64,000 bases of DNA from the human T2T-CHM13v2.0 reference genome, Homo sapiens (GCF_009914755.1 NC_060931.1), one strand, 5' to 3'. Counted from the stretch's first letter, positions 30,417-47,829 are shown. Notes: generated from the sequence alone by a model not told the origin. Translations and numbers: made by a program.

Positions 30417-31844
30417 TTACCAAAGGCTGGGAAGGGTTTGAGGCTAGGGTGGTAATGAAAAGAGGTTGGTTAATGGGTATACAAATGATAGAAGGAATGA
30501 ATTCTAGTGTTCAAAAGCACAATAGGGTGACTATAGTTAACAATAATTTATTGTATATTTCAGAACAGCTAGAAGGGTTGAAATGTCTTCAACATAAAGA
30601 AATGATAAATGTCTGAACTGATGGATATCATAAATACCCTGATTTAATTATTACATACTGTATGCATGTATCAAATTATTACATATGCCCCATAACTATG
30701 TACAATTATTATGTAATAAGTAAGAAAAGAAGACTACTTGCATATCTGGACCTGAGAGGGAAGGCAAGCACAAGGAAGTCTGGCAATGAGGTGAGAGCAT
30801 CATAGAACAAAGGACAGCACAGCAAATTTTACCTGGTCTTCTCTATAATTAAGAGGAACCCATCTTAAACTTCAAACGGGGTACAGTTTCAAAGTAGGCA
30901 AACCAAGGAAAAAGACTCCAAAGAATTCTTTAAAATGTAGCTCGGCCAACTGGGTTACTATGTGCCCTAAAAAAGTCAGTCTATTCCAGAAACCATGTTA
31001 GATTTCATGATCCTCCTTGAACTTAGATATAGAACTTATAGATTTAGATCAGAATTTCTCAAACTCATGTTTGTTAACCCATTTGGAGGTATTTGCATGT
31101 TCTCTATTGAAATATATCATTGAGAATTTATTAACTTAGGGTATTCAGTTTGCTGATAATCTAGAGTAAACATATTCTGGGTAATCTGGGTAGCTACGTG
31201 GTAACAAAATGCCACCTCACAGGTCCAGTTTGCCTTTGTGTTTGCAGTCAGATTGTTGCCAAGGAGTCCCACTTTAATTGACTCCAGCTATTTAGCAATT
31301 AACAGAGGTAGAGTCAGAGGTGAATAAAACTTTTGCTTCAAATGACTTCACAGTGCACTGGAGGAATGCAAGTGTTTCATTATTTCGAACAGAAAAGAGT
31401 ACTGAGAAAATTGCATCTTTTCTTAGCACCCAGTGGGAAAGGCGGACCAAACCCAAGAGAACCTGAGCCATAGTCACTAACACTATGTTTCATATTAAAG
31501 TACTTATGTTAATTTACAGTTTGTTAATTTTGCAGAGGAGATAGTTGGATGTAATTTGTACATTTGTTTTGATAAGAGCTACAAGCTATTAGAGCAGAAA
31601 GCATAAGTTTGTGCTTACTTTCAGTTTGTACATATTTAAGGAGTATTTGAATTTAAAGGATTATATCAACAATAGAATAGTAAAAGAATTTTTAAGGGGT
31701 TCAATACATGTGAACAGTTTTAATCATGTGAAAGATGTTCCTCATCATTCATGAGACACGAAAATTAAAATTACAATGAGATTTTCTTTCTTTAACACCT
31801 TATAAAAAATGGCAAACCTTTTCACATATACACTTCCTATCACC

Positions 31845-31948
31845 TGCCCTGTTTTTCTTTCTCCAGAGCACGTGTCATTAACATAATTGTATTTTGCTTA
31901 TTTATCACATTTATTGCCTACCTTTTTTTCCATTGTACTTTCCCCCAG

Positions 31949-31981
<33 letters not shown>

Positions 31982-32360
31982 AGACAGAGTCTCGCTCTGT
32001 CAGCCAGGCTGTAGTGCAGTGGTATGATCTCAGCTCACTGCAACCTCTGTCTCCCGGGCTCTAGCAGTTCTGCCTCAGCCTCCCGAGTAGCTGGGATTAC
32101 AGGTGTGTGCCATCATGCCCAGCTAATTTTTGTATTTTTGGTAGAGAAGGGATTTCACCATGTTGACCAGGCTGGTCTTGAACTCCTGACCTCAGGTAAT
32201 CTGCCCACCTCCGCCTCCCAAAGTGCTGGAATTACAGGTGTGAGCCACCAGCCACCTTCCCCCAGAATTTAAGCTTCATAAAAATAGAATTCTGACCACC
32301 TTATCCACTGTAGCCTCCTCAGTTGCCTATAATGATGTGCAGCACATAAGAGTCACTGTA
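31845..32360 (+). mobile_element. L2 3'-end fragment interrupted by an Alu
   Basis: TTTCTCCAGAGCAC...TTTATTGCCT...CCCCAGAATTTAAGCTTCATAA...GCACATAAGAG resembles the L2 3' end. Confidence 0.5.
31954..32256 (-). mobile_element. AluSx-like
   Basis: Poly-T and GAACTCCTGACCTCAGGT. TSD TTCCCCCAGAATTT at 31940-31953 and 32257-32270. Confidence 0.92.
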
Positions 32361-32368
32361 TTATTTGC

Positions 32369-32492
32369 AGAGGGAAGGAAGGGAGGAAGGGAGGAAGGAA
32401 GGAAGGGAGGAAGGAAGGAAGGAAGGAAGGGAAGGGAAGGGAAGGGAAGGGAAGGGAAGGGAAGGGAAGGGAAGGGAGGGAGGGAGGGAGAT
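32369..32492. repeat. (GGAA)n/(GGGAA)n polypurine microsatellite
   Basis: Directly visible. Confidence 0.97.
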
Positions 32493-32493
32493 G

Positions 32494-32990
32494 ATCCAGC
32501 AATTCCCCTTTGAGGCACAGACCCTGCCGAAACTCTGTCATAGAGACATGCACGAAGCGGTACCATTTGCAGCAGAAGAAAATTGGAAAAACCCTAAATG
32601 TCCTCAATAAAGGAATGAATAATTGCATCCTGTGTTTATACAAGGGAACTTAAAAATTAACATGAATTAAATTGATTGACATGGCTAAAAATCAAAAACT
32701 TTGCTGGGAGAAAAAGGTAAATTACAAAATACATGTGCAGTAATGTATAAATGCCCAGATAGACAAGTTCTCCTCCGAGTAAGGACAAGCTGAAGAGAGG
32801 GAGGAGATGGAGGGAATGGTAAGGACAAATGGAGAACTTTGATTCTATCTGTCATTTTTATTACTCTAGAATTTTTTACCTAAGAAAATATGGCAAAAAG
32901 TAATACTTGCTAAATCTGAGTAGTGGGTACATGGGTGCGTGTTCTATGTTTCTCTGTATTTTTCTGTTAAAAGTGTTTCTTAATTTTTAA
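32494..32990 (+). mobile_element. Ancient L1ME-type 3' fragment (a related piece lies at ~31700-31820)
   Basis: GATCCAGCAATTCCCCTT, AATTGGAAAACCCTAAATGTCC and GTGGGTACATGGGTG motifs. Confidence 0.6.
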
Positions 32991-33052
32991 AGCACTCAAT
33001 ATAAGTAAAAATGGCTGTTTCTTTTCCTGCATTAATAAGTAGCCCCCCTCTA

Positions 33053-33099
33053 TAATAATGATAATGATAGTGATGATGATCATGATGATGATGATGATG
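33053..33099. repeat. (GAT)n-rich microsatellite
   Basis: Directly visible. Confidence 0.9.
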
Positions 33100-33279
33100 G
33101 TTTTCTCTCTTCCTATCCTCTTTTTCTAAGTCCTTTTATTAACATCTACTATTTTATTTCTCTTTATATCATGCTTCTTTCCCCCAAAAAAATTGATATG
33201 GCTTAAAACAATAGATATGAGTTACAATCTAACATTTCTTTTAAAGTAAAATGTACATAAGATAGCTATTAAAGTAAAT

Positions 33280-33720
33280 AGTAATGCTACAATTGAGCTT
33301 TAAATTTTTCTCCAAGCTTCTTGAAGCTGGAATGACAAACATACACAACCAAGCAATTATGTAGCTCTCATTATTTAAAAGGATACCTTGAGAAAGACAA
33401 AGTTTTTCCTGGAATTAAATTCTCAAAGAAATCTCTTCTGTATGATTTCATTTCCAGGACACTAACATGGACAATTTCCTCCAGAGCATTTTTGCTAAAA
33501 TCTAAAGTTGACTTCATATGCTTTTTCTTGCAACCACTTTTTTAAAAAGCTGAAGACATAGCATCTTAGTACAGTTCTAGGAAAGGCATTCATTCTTTAG
33601 AAGCTAAAGTAACATATGCCTTTAGTCATCCAACTAAATCCAAAGATAAAATATGAAAATAGGCAGGAAGCATGTCTCTTACATAATTGTCCCTTAATAT
33701 AATTTTCTTTAGACAAGCTA
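33280..33720 (-). mobile_element. Possible L4 (RTE-X) relic
   Basis: TACAATTGAGCTTTAAATT...AGCTTC...CTCATTAT resembles my recall of the L4 consensus. Boundaries are uncertain. Confidence 0.35.
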
Positions 33721-33967
33721 TTGATAGATAGAAACCAAACATTCATCAATTAAAAATTATAGTCACATACCAGGACCTGCCGCTAAGTTACTGAGCAAGG
33801 GTGGGTAGCTTTATTAAGTATCATTTGCCTCCTTTAGAAATAACTAGAAAAAGAAAATTGTAAAATAAATACCTGATTCATCATAAGTTCTAACTGGCAA
33901 GATTCTATGTTTTCTTTTAGATTTGTCTATTCTTTAAGCCTAAAAGAAAAGCTACACAGAGTCCTAA

Positions 33968-34317
<350 letters not shown>

Positions 34318-34519
34318 GGTACATATTTTTAAATGCCTGTAGTGTAAGCATACATTTCTGGGATTCAGGTTTGGGTTAGTCCCAATAAAAGACTGTAATT
34401 GAAGGCTCACTTATCCATTGACTATTTCTGTTACTACCAATAAAATAAGGGAATGACAACTAATATCCAACAACACTGAACATAAGGTAGAAAATCAAGT
34501 AAAGCTAGAAAGAGCTTGT

Positions 34520-34760
34520 GATAATAATAATCACTTCCATTTATATCACCCTTTCACCCTTTTATGCATGGTCTCATCTAATCCTCACAAGAACCCTGAG
34601 AGATGGATAACTGTAACAAAATTTAACAGTAATCATAACAAAATTTTAACAGTGGTACTGAAGCTTAGGGCAACTTGGTGACTTGACCCAAATCAGAAAG
34701 CTGATCTATAGTATGGGTCAGGACCTGAACCCATGAGTTGTGGCTGCAAACCCAGCTACC
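34520..34760 (-). mobile_element. MIR
   Basis: TCTCATCTAATCCTCACAAGAACCCTG...GTGACTTGACCCAA...GGACCTGAACCCA. Confidence 0.7.
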
Positions 34761-36616
34761 TTGTAGTTCCAGGATAACCATGCACTCTGTAGTTAGAGAT
34801 CCAAGGTACACTATTGTTACCTCTTCTCTTTGAAGGACAAAGCTTTGTGATCTTCATTCCATCTTCACATGGTTGGGAGGGTCATGCATGGATGTCTCTC
34901 TGTAGATCTTCACCACACCAACCCTCTCTGATAGAGTAACAAAGCTTTCTTCAGAATCATATCATGTCTTAAATGTGGTAACCAACCATACAGAGGGAAT
35001 GAATGTTGTTTGGGGAAGATTTTTTTTCAAGGTTCTTTAATAAATTGAAGTTGCAATTAATAAAATCAGAAACATGAGCAGACATACATCTAAAAGCTGA
35101 CAGGCCATCATATCCTGAGTGATAGGTGAAAGAGATAGTCTTCCTAGGTTGAGGTTCATAATTTTTAATAGGTTTACAAGCAGATTCACAAGGATTCTAT
35201 TCAAACAAAAGTTATGTTTCTTTACTTTTGAGTTTGTTTCTCCTACATTTGTACTCAGTGCTATGGGATAAAATCAATTTCTTCAAATATGGAATTTAGC
35301 TTCGTGCTTATTTAATAATTAATGGTAATCTAAAAATCATAGAGCTTTTCAGACCGGAGTTTGTTGTATTTTCAGCCTCCCTCGTCTAAAGCTACTCTCA
35401 GTGGAGGAAGGAACCAGAGGAATGGCTGCCCTCGCTAAATCAGTGTGAGAAGGTCTGGGAACACACTGCACAATGTAACAGAACATTCTTTTCCACAAGT
35501 GTCAGAATCACTTATCTTCAAATACTAGATCAACGCAGCTAGAGAACTGGGGGAACTTGGAGCCCAAAAATATAATACATAGCTTGCTTAATTTTAAACC
35601 AATATTTTCCTCCACTTACCCAAATGCATAAGGCATACTATTTTCTGCCCCCCAAAATTCATTTTGTTTTATTTCACTCTCTCAAACTGACAAACAGGCA
35701 TTATACCTGATACAGACTATATTTTAATAGCGTCTAACCTCTCCTGGTTAAACAAGTGTCTGTTTCAAATCCGTCATCATATATGTGACTCCTGCACATA
35801 ATGTTGCTCTAAAAAAGGAATGTCCTGGTATCAGCAAAATACATAACCCCATAGATATTAAAACAACCACCCAACTGCAATCAGTTATATGGAGTCTTCA
35901 CTTCTTTTTAAAAAAGGATATTTAATCACTGAAATAAGACCCAGGTACCACACTACACACTTAGTTGGGACTTAAAGTGCCTGAGTTTTATGAGAATGGC
36001 AAAGCTAGTGTGAAAAACTACAGCACAACAGAAGGAAGAAATCTCTCTGCTGGAAGGGGACACTTTTGTGTCCACATCTCATAGCCTAAGTTTAATATCA
36101 GCATGACTCATTTTTAAAACTCCACCTTTCTCAGTGATAATTTATGTTTTAATTTTTAATTTTTGTGAGCACATAGTAGGTGTATATATTTATGAGTTAC
36201 ATGAGATATTTTGATACAGGCATGCAATGTGTAATCACACCAGGATAAATTGGGTATCCATCATCTCAAGTGTTTATCTTTTATATTACAAACAATCTGA
36301 TCCAATATATACAAGAGTATAATCCAATTATAGTCTTTTAGTTATCTTTAAGTGTGCAGTTACATTATTTTTACTATAGTCACCCTGTTGTACTAGCAAA
36401 TACTAAGACTTATTCATTCCTTCTAAATATTTTTTGTACCCATTAACTATCTCTACTTTCTCCACCCTCACCCCCTGCAACACCCTTCCCAGCCTCTAGT
36501 AATCATCCTTCTACTCTCTTTCTCCAAGAGTTTAATTAATTTTTAACTCCCACAAATGAGTGAGAACATGTGACGTTCGTCTATCTGTGTCTGGCTTATT
36601 TCACTTAAGATAATGA

Positions 36617-39220
<2,604 letters not shown>

Positions 39221-41381
39221 AAGATAATGACCTCTAGTTCCATCCATGTTGTTGCAAATCACCAGATCTCATTCTTTTTTATGACTGAATAGTACTCCAT
39301 TGTGTATATGTGCCACATTTTCTTTATCCATTCATGTGTTGTGGAACTTAGGTTGTTTCAAAATCTTGGTTATTATGAATAGTGCTGTAATAAACATAAG
39401 AGTGCAGATATCTCTTTGATATCCTCCTTTCCTTTCTTTGGGGTGTGCCCTTGCAGTGGGATTGCTGGATCATATGGTAGCTCTATTTTTAGTCTTTTGG
39501 TGAACCTCGAAACTATTCTCCATAGTGATTGTACTAATTTACATTCCAAACAACAGTGCACAAGGGTTCCCTTTTCTCCACATCCTTGGCAGCATTTGTT
39601 ATTGCCTGACTTTGGGATATAAGCTGTTTTAACTGGGGTGAGATGATAGCTCATTGTAGTTTTGATTTGCATTTCTCTGATGATCAATGATGTGGTACAC
39701 CTTTTCATATACCTGTCTGCAATTTGTATTTCTTCTTTTGAGAAATGTCTGTTCAAATCTTTTGCCCATTTTTAAATTGGATTATTAGATTTTTTCCTAT
39801 AGAGTTGTTTGAGATCCTTATATATTCTGGTTATTAACTTATCGGTTAGGTAGTTTGCAAATATCTTCTCCTATTCTGTGGATTGTCTCTGCGCTTCAAC
39901 GACTGTTTCCTTTGCTGTGCAGAAGCTTTTTAACTTGATGTGATCCCATTTGTCCATTTTTGCTTTGGTTGCCTGTGCTTGTGGGGTATTATTCAAGAAC
40001 TCTTTGCCCAATCTAGTGTCCTGGAGAGTTTCCCCGAAGTTTTCTTTCAGTAGTTTCATAGTTTGAGGTCTTAAATTTTAGTCTTTAATCTATTTTGACT
40101 TGATTTTTGTATATGGCGAGAGATAGTGGTCTTGTTTCATCCTTCTGTATGTGGATATCCAGTTTTCCTGGCATCATTTATTGAAGAGACTGTCCTTTCC
40201 CCAATGTATGCTCTTAGAACCTTTGTCAAAAATGAGTTCACTGTAGATGTAAGAATTTATCTATGGTTTCTCTATTCTGTTCCACTGATCTACATGTCTG
40301 ATTTTATGCCAGTACCATGCTGTTTGGGTTACTATAGCTCTGTAGTGTAATTTAAACTGAGGTAATGCAATTCCTTCAGTTTTGTTCTTTTTGCTTAGGA
40401 TATCTGTGGTCATTCTGGGTCTTTTGTGATAGCATGTAAGTTTTAGGATTGTTTTTACTATTTCTGTGAATAATGTCATTGGCATTTTGATAGTGATTGC
40501 ATTAAATCTATAGATTGCTTTGGGTAGTATGGACATTTTGACAATATTGATTCTTCTAACCATGAACATGGAATATTTTCCCATTTTTTTGTGTGTCCTC
40601 TTCAATTTCTTGCATCAATGTTTTACAGTTTTCATTGTAAAGATCCTTCACTTCTCTGGTTAATTCCTAGGTATTTTATTTTACATGTAGCTATTGTAAA
40701 TAGGATTGGTTTCTTAATTTCTTTTTCAGATTGTTTGTGGTTGGCATATAGAAATGCTACTGGCTTTTTATGTTGATTTTGTATCCTGCAATTGTACTGA
40801 ATTTGTTTATCATTCTACTATTTTTTAGTGGAGCCTAGGTTTTTCCAAATATAAGATCATATCATCTGCAAATAAGGATAATTTGGCTTCTTCCATTCCA
40901 ATTTTGGATGTCCTTTACTTCTTTCTCTAGTCTGATTGCTCTAGCTCGGACTTCCAGTACTATGTTGAATAACAGTGGTGAAAGTGGTCATCCTTATTGT
41001 GTTGATCTGAATTGAAGGCTTTCAGTTTTTTCCCATTCAGTATGATACTAGCTGGAGTCTGTCATATACGGCTTTTATTATGTTGAGGTATGCCTTCTAT
41101 ACCCAGTTGTTTGAGGAGTTTTGACTTGAAGGGATGTTGAATTTTATCAAATGTTTTTTCAGCATCAACTGAAATGATCATATAGTTTTTGTCCTTCATT
41201 CTTTTGATACAACGTATCACATTAATTGATTTGCATATGTGGAATCATCCTTATGTCCCTGGGAAAAATCCCACTTGCTTGTGATGAATGATCTTTTTAA
41301 TGTGTTGTTTAATTTGGTTTGCTAGTATTTTGTTGAGGATTTTCCCATCAATGTTCATCAGGAATATTTGCCTGTAGTATT

Positions 41382-41393
41382 GTGTGTGTGCGC

Positions 41394-41428
<35 letters not shown>

Positions 41429-41437
41429 TGTGTGTGT
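41382..41437. repeat. (TG)n with an embedded (CG)n run (alternating purine-pyrimidine)
   Basis: Directly visible. Confidence 0.95.
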
Positions 41438-44400
41438 CTGGTTCAGGTATCAGGGTAATACTGGCCTTGTAGAATGAGTTTGGAAGTATTCCCTCCTCCT
41501 CAATCTTTGTCAGAATAGTCTGAGTAGGATTGGCAGTAGTTCTTTAAACATTTGGAAGAATACAGTAGTGAAGTCATCAGGTCCTAGGTTTTTTTTTATG
41601 GGAGACATTTTATTATGGCTTTAATCTTATTACCTGTTATTGGTCTGTCAAGGCTTTGGATTTCATAATTCGATCTTGGTAGGTTGTAAGTGTGTAGGAA
41701 TTTATCCATTTCTTCTAGATTTTCCAATTTGTTGGCATATAGTTGCTCATAGTAGCCACTAATGGGCCTTTGAATTTCTGCAGTATCGGTTGTAATGTCT
41801 CTTGTTTCATTTTTGATTTTTTTATTTGGGTCTTCTATATCTTTTTCTTGGTTAGTCTGGCTAAAGGTTTGTAAATTTTGTTTAGCTTTTCAGAAAACCA
41901 ACTTTTGTTTCATTGATCTTTTGTATTATTTTCATTTCAAATTCATTCATTTCTGCTCTGATCTTTATTATTTCTTTTCTTCTATTAATTTTGGGTTTGG
42001 TTTGCTCTTGCTTTTCTAGTTCTTTAAGATGCAGTGTTAGATTGTTTATTTGAAGTTTATCCTCTTTTTGATGGGAAGAGTTTTTCTCTTCCTCTTTGAT
42101 AAGGGACTTATGGCTATAAACTTCTTAGTACTCCTTTTGTTGTGTCCCATAGGTTTGGTTATGTCATGTTTCCATTATCATTTGTGTCTAGAAATTTTTC
42201 CATTTTCTTCTTAATTTCTTCATTGACTCACTGGTTATTCAGGAGCATATTGTTTAATTTCCATGTGTTTGCAGTACCCAAAGTTCCTCTTGTTATTGAT
42301 CTCTGGTTTTATTCCATTATGGTCAGAGAAAATGCTTGATATTATTTCAACTTTTTGAATGTTTTAAGACTTGTTTTGTGAACTAACATATGGTCTATCC
42401 TTGAAAATGATCCATGTGCTGAGGAAAAGAATTTGTACTCAGCATCTGTTGGATGAAATGTTCTGTAAATATCTATTAGGTCCATCTGTACAGACTAAAC
42501 CCATTGTTTCCTTGCTGAGTTTCTGTCTGGAATATTTGTCCAATGCTGGAAGTAGGGTATTGAAGTCTCCAGCTATTATTGTATTAGGGCCTATCTGTCT
42601 CTTTCTAGCTTTAGTAATATTTGCTTTATACATCTGGGTGCACCAGTGTTGGGTGCATATATATTTTAAATTGTTATATACTCTTGCTGAATGGACCCCT
42701 TTATCATTTTACACTTACTTTCTTTGTCTCTTCTTATAATTTTTGTCTTGAAATCTATTTTGTCTGATATAAATATAGTGACTCCTGGTCCTTTTTGGTT
42801 TCCATTGGCATGGAATAACTTTTTCTATCGCTTTATTTTCAGTCTATGTATATCTTTATAGATGAAGTGTGTTTCTTGTAGGCAATAGATCATTGGTTCT
42901 TGGTTTTTTAGCCATTCAGCCACTCTATGTCTTTTGACTGGCAAGTTTAGTCCATTTACATTCAATGTTGTTATAAATAAGTAAAGATTTACTCCTGCCA
43001 TTTTGTTATTTGTTTTTTGTTTATTTTGTGAGCTTCTCATCCTTCTTTCCTTCCTTCCTGCCTTCCTTCTCATGAAGTTAATTTTCTCTGGTGGTATGAT
43101 TTAATTTATTGCTTTTTATTTTTTGTGTATTTATAATATGTCTTAATTTGAGGTTACCATGCGGCTTGCAATTACTATCTTATAACCCATTATTTTAAGC
43201 TAAGAACAACTTAACACTATTTGCATAAACAAACAAACAAGCAAAAAGAAAACTAATAAAAACTCTACCCCTCAACTTTATCCCCCCGCTTCTTAACTTT
43301 TTGTTGTTTCTATTTATATCTTATTGTAGTGTCTACATCTTGAAAAGTTTTTGTGGTTATTATTTTCGATTGGTTCATCTTTTAGTATTTCTACTTGAGT
43401 AGTTTACACACCACAGTTACAGTGTATAACTGTATGAACTACTCTTATCTTACCCACCAAAGTCTATGGTGTGTAAACACAGACTTTATAATAGTCTGTG
43501 GGGTTTTTTCTGTACTTACTATTACCAGTGACTTTTGTACCTTCAGATGATTTTTTATTGCTCATTAATGTCCTTTTCTTTCTGATTGAAGTACTCCCTT
43601 TAGCATTTCTTGAAGGACACGTCTGGTGTTCATGAAATCCCTCAGCTTTTGTTTGTCTAGGAAAGTCTTTATTTTCTCCTTCGTGTTTGAAGGATATTTT
43701 CACCAGATATAGTATTTTAGGGTAAAAGGTCTTTTCCTTCAGCACTTTAAATATGTCATGCCACTCTCTCTTGACCTGTAAGACTTCCACTGAAAAGTCT
43801 GGTGCCAGATGTATTGGAATCCCATTGTAAGCTATTTGCCTCTGTTCTCTTCCTGCTTTTAGGATCCTTTCTTTATCCTTGACTTTAGGGAGTTTGCTTA
43901 TTAAAACCCTTGAGGTAGTCTTCCTTAGGTAAATTTGCTTGGTGTTCTATAAACTTCTTGTACTTGGCTATTGATATCTTTCTCTAGGTTTGGGAAGTGC
44001 TCTATTATTATCCCTTTGAATAAACTTTCCCTATCTCTTTCTCTACTTCCTCCTTAAGGACAATAACTCTTAGATTTGCCCTTTTGAGAGCATTTTCTAG
44101 ATCCTGTAGGTGTACATCATTGTTTTTATTGTTTTTTCTTTTGTCTCCTCTGACTTTTATTGTTTTTTCCTTTTGTCTTCTCTCAGTCAGCTTGTGGTGA
44201 ATGCTGCCAGGTCTGGGACTCACCCTTCAGAGTGGTAAATTCCCCTCTGGCCCAGGTTAGGTCCAGAAATGCCATCCAAGAGCCAAGGCCTGTCTCCTTG
44301 ACTGTGTATTTTCAAATAGCGTATCTTCAAGCTCATTAATTCTTTCTTCTGCTTGATCAATTCTGCTATTAAAGACTCTGATGCATTCTTCAGTAAGTCA

Positions 44401-47111
44401 ATTGCACTTTTCAACTCTAGAATTTCTGTTTGATTCTTTTTAATTATTTCAATCTCTTTGTTAAGTTTATTTGATAGAATTCTTAATTCCTTGTCTGTGT
44501 TATTTTTAATTTCTTTGAGTTTCCTCAAAATAGCTCTTTTGAATTCTCTTCCTGAACTGTCCCATTCCGTTTTTCTAGGATTGGTCTCCAGTGCCTTATT
44601 TAGTTAATTTGGTGAGGTCATGTTTTCCTAGATGGTCTTCATGTGTGTGGATGTTCATCTGTGTCTGGCCATTGAAGAGTTAGATATTTATTGTAGTCTT
44701 CACAGTCTGGGCTTGTTTGTATTTGTCCTTCTTGGAAAGGCTTTCTACGTATTTGAAAGGACTTGCGTATTGTGATCTAAGATATATCTGCCTTAGGGGG
44801 CACTCCAAGGCCAGTAACACTGTGGTTCTTACAGACTTGTATAGATACTGCCTTGATAGTCTTCGATAAAATTCAGAAGAAATATTTGGATTACCAAGCG
44901 AAGACTCTTGTTCTCTTTTCTTACTTTCTCCCAAACAGAGTGTTTCTCTGTTCTGAGCCACCTGGAGCTGGGGGTGGTATGACACAAGCATCTCTGTGCC
45001 CATCACCACTATGACTGCATTGGGTCTTACCCAAGACCCACTATAACCACTACCTGGCTACCACCTATTTTCACTCAAGGCCTTAGGGCTCTACAATCAG
45101 CAGGTTGGCAAAGCTAGCCAGGTTAGTGTCCTTCCCTTAAAGATGGCAAGTTCCCTCAGGCCCCAGGTTGATCCAGTGGTGCCATCTGGGAGTCAGAGAC
45201 CGGAATCAAAAACCTTCGAAGTCTCTCTGGTGTTCTATTCTACCATAGCTGAGCCAGCATGCAAACCATGAGATACAGTTCTTCCCACCCTTCCCTCTCC
45301 TTTCCACAGGCAGAGGCGCCTCACCCCAGGGCCACCACCATGACAGTCCCATGGGAAGTACCACCAGGCTACGACCAATGTTCCCTTAAGGCCCAAGAAC
45401 TCTTCAGTCAGCTTGTGGTGAATGCTGCCAAGACTGGGACTCACCCTTCAGAGTGCTAGGCTCCCATCTGGCCCAGGACAGGCCCAGAAATGCTACCCAG
45501 GAGCCAAAGCCTGGAATCAGGGATCCCAAGAACCCACTTGGTGCTCTACCCCTCTGTGGCCAAACTAGTGTGTAAGATATGAGAAAAGTCCCATTTGCTT
45601 TTCCCTCTGCTTTTCTAAAGCAGGAATCTTTCACCATAGCCACCATAGCTGGGAACTTGCTGGGTCTCACCTGAAGTCAGCACAACCATGAGTCCCACCC
45701 AAGGCCCATGGCATACTACCTGGGTATCATTGCTGGGTATTCAGGGCCCAGTGGTTCTTTGGTCAGCAGGTGATGTGTCCTGCTAGTACAGTGTCCTTCC
45801 CTTCAAGGAAGCATGAGTTCCCTTTTGGCCTAGAGTATGTCTAGAAATGTCTGGAAACTAGGGTCTGGAATGGGGGCCTCAAAACTCTGCCTGGTACCCT
45901 ATCCTACTGCAACTAAGCTGGTATCCAAGATGCAAGACAATGCCCTCTTTGCTCTTCCCTCTCCTTTCCTCAGGTGGAAGAAAGGGGTCTCTTTCGGAGC
46001 CATGAGCTGGGGTTTTGGGGAGGGGTGGCACAAGCACTCCTCTTAGCCACACTGGCTGCTATCTCAGTAGGTCACCTGCCCCCAAGCCCACTGGGCCTGA
46101 GCCCAGTTCGGCATTAGGACTCACCTAGGAGTTGCAGTCCTTGTGGCCTAGACTGCCTTTCAAGTTTAGTTAGAGTCCCAGAGTACTTTAGCTCATGGTG
46201 GCAAGGCTTACAGGAACTCAAGTTCCAATGGCTGGAATGAGTGATTCCCCTCTGACTAGAGCTGGTTTAAATACTCCCGCCATGGATGGGCATTAGCTGA
46301 GTTCAGCCCAGCACCGAGTTCAATGCAATGTTTCACAATTGCTGTACTCTCCCTCTCCCAAGAACACAGATTCTCATTGCCACGCAGCTTCAGCCACAGG
46401 ATGGGAAAGGAGTGGTGTCAGCAATTCAAGACTGCCTTTCCTACCCTCTTCAGTGTCTCTTTCAGCAACACAAAGTTAAAACCAGGTACTGTGAGTGTTC
46501 ACCTGACTTTTGGTTCTTATGAAGGTGCTTTATGTGTAGATAATTGTTAAATGTGGTGTTCCAGCAGGGGAGATAATCAGTTGAGCCTTCTATTTGGCCA
46601 TCCCGCTCTGCCTCCATAATTTATATTTTCTAGAGCAAGAGAAAGAGTGCTAAGAGTGCTAAGATCAATGAAACACCTTGCCTGAACAACCATAAAACAT
46701 CCAATTTAGAGCTAACACTGTTGCTTAGTGACAACCAGAAGCCTGTTATTTGTCAAATTTAAATTTTAAGGTATCATTTTAATTAATGCATTGTGTTTAT
46801 CTTGGGCCTGCTAAAAGTTCTTTGGTGTAGCATTATGTAGAGTAAAATCAGGGACTTGGGGAGAGGGGTCAATTCCTACACAGCAAAGAATCACATCACT
46901 GTTCAAGGAAGATGACTGCATGTTATCACAGCTCCACTAAGAAGGAGATCCAATGGAAGAATGTGCCTAATTCTTACTGGAATTTACCATTTTTCTCCCT
47001 AGGACAAACTACTTAGAGTAGTTATAGCACAGATTCAGGTATTAGAGTAAAAATAAGACAACAGAGGTCACTTAGTGTAACCTCCCACCCAAGAGCTTAA
47101 CCCTACCTATA

Positions 47112-47670
47112 ACATTCAGTCATTTATTCAACAAATATTTTCAGTACCTACTATGCACCAGCCACTATAATAGACACTTTTAATGCATTCTAAACATGAG
47201 AGGCAAGTATCCCAAACTCATAAATATAACAACATAATCAATGAGACAAAGTACATGTGTTTACTAACACATGAATAATTACAGATTTTGATACAGTCTT
47301 AGAAAGAAATGAACAAATGCTTGGATTGAGAACAACATAGGGCAGAGGGAATCCAGTCACAGACAGGATGGTCAGGTAAGTCTTCTCTAGAAAGGTGACA
47401 TTTGAGCTGACTTCTGAAAAAGAAGAAACATGCCATGCAAGGAGCTGATGAAAAAGTATTCCAGTTAAATGAAACAGCCAGTGCAAAGACTCTGTAGGAA
47501 TAAGTGTTTATAGCAAAGTGAGAAAAGGGAAAGAGGTGAAGTTGAAGAACTGAGCAGAGGTTAGACAATGCTTCCCTGTTGACCATGAGAGAAAGTTTGG
47601 ACTATACATCAAATACAATAGGAAAACTTTAAACAGGGTAATGGCAGGATGTGATTTATACTGAAAAGAG
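47112..47670 (-). mobile_element. L2 fragment
   Basis: CATTTATTCAACAAATATTT...TACCTACTATGCACCAG...GGTGACATTTGAGCTGA...AGTGCAAAGACTCTG. Confidence 0.75.
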
Positions 47671-47829
47671 AGCTCCACCATATATCATCCCTTCTGGCAT
47701 AGGAATGCCCCTATGTAAACTGGCAAGCTAGGTACAAGTTGCTTTAGAACATTCAGACTCCTTCATAGCCCAGGTGATTACCATATTTTTTTAAAGTAAG
47801 AATATGTGCATATAGTTCATCCTGTAATA

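Noticed and set aside
35350-35460. Plus-strand acceptor-like TTTGTTGTATTTTCAG with a few CpGs, and a similar site at ~31247
   Set aside because: Weak donors, no partner exons and no informative ORF.
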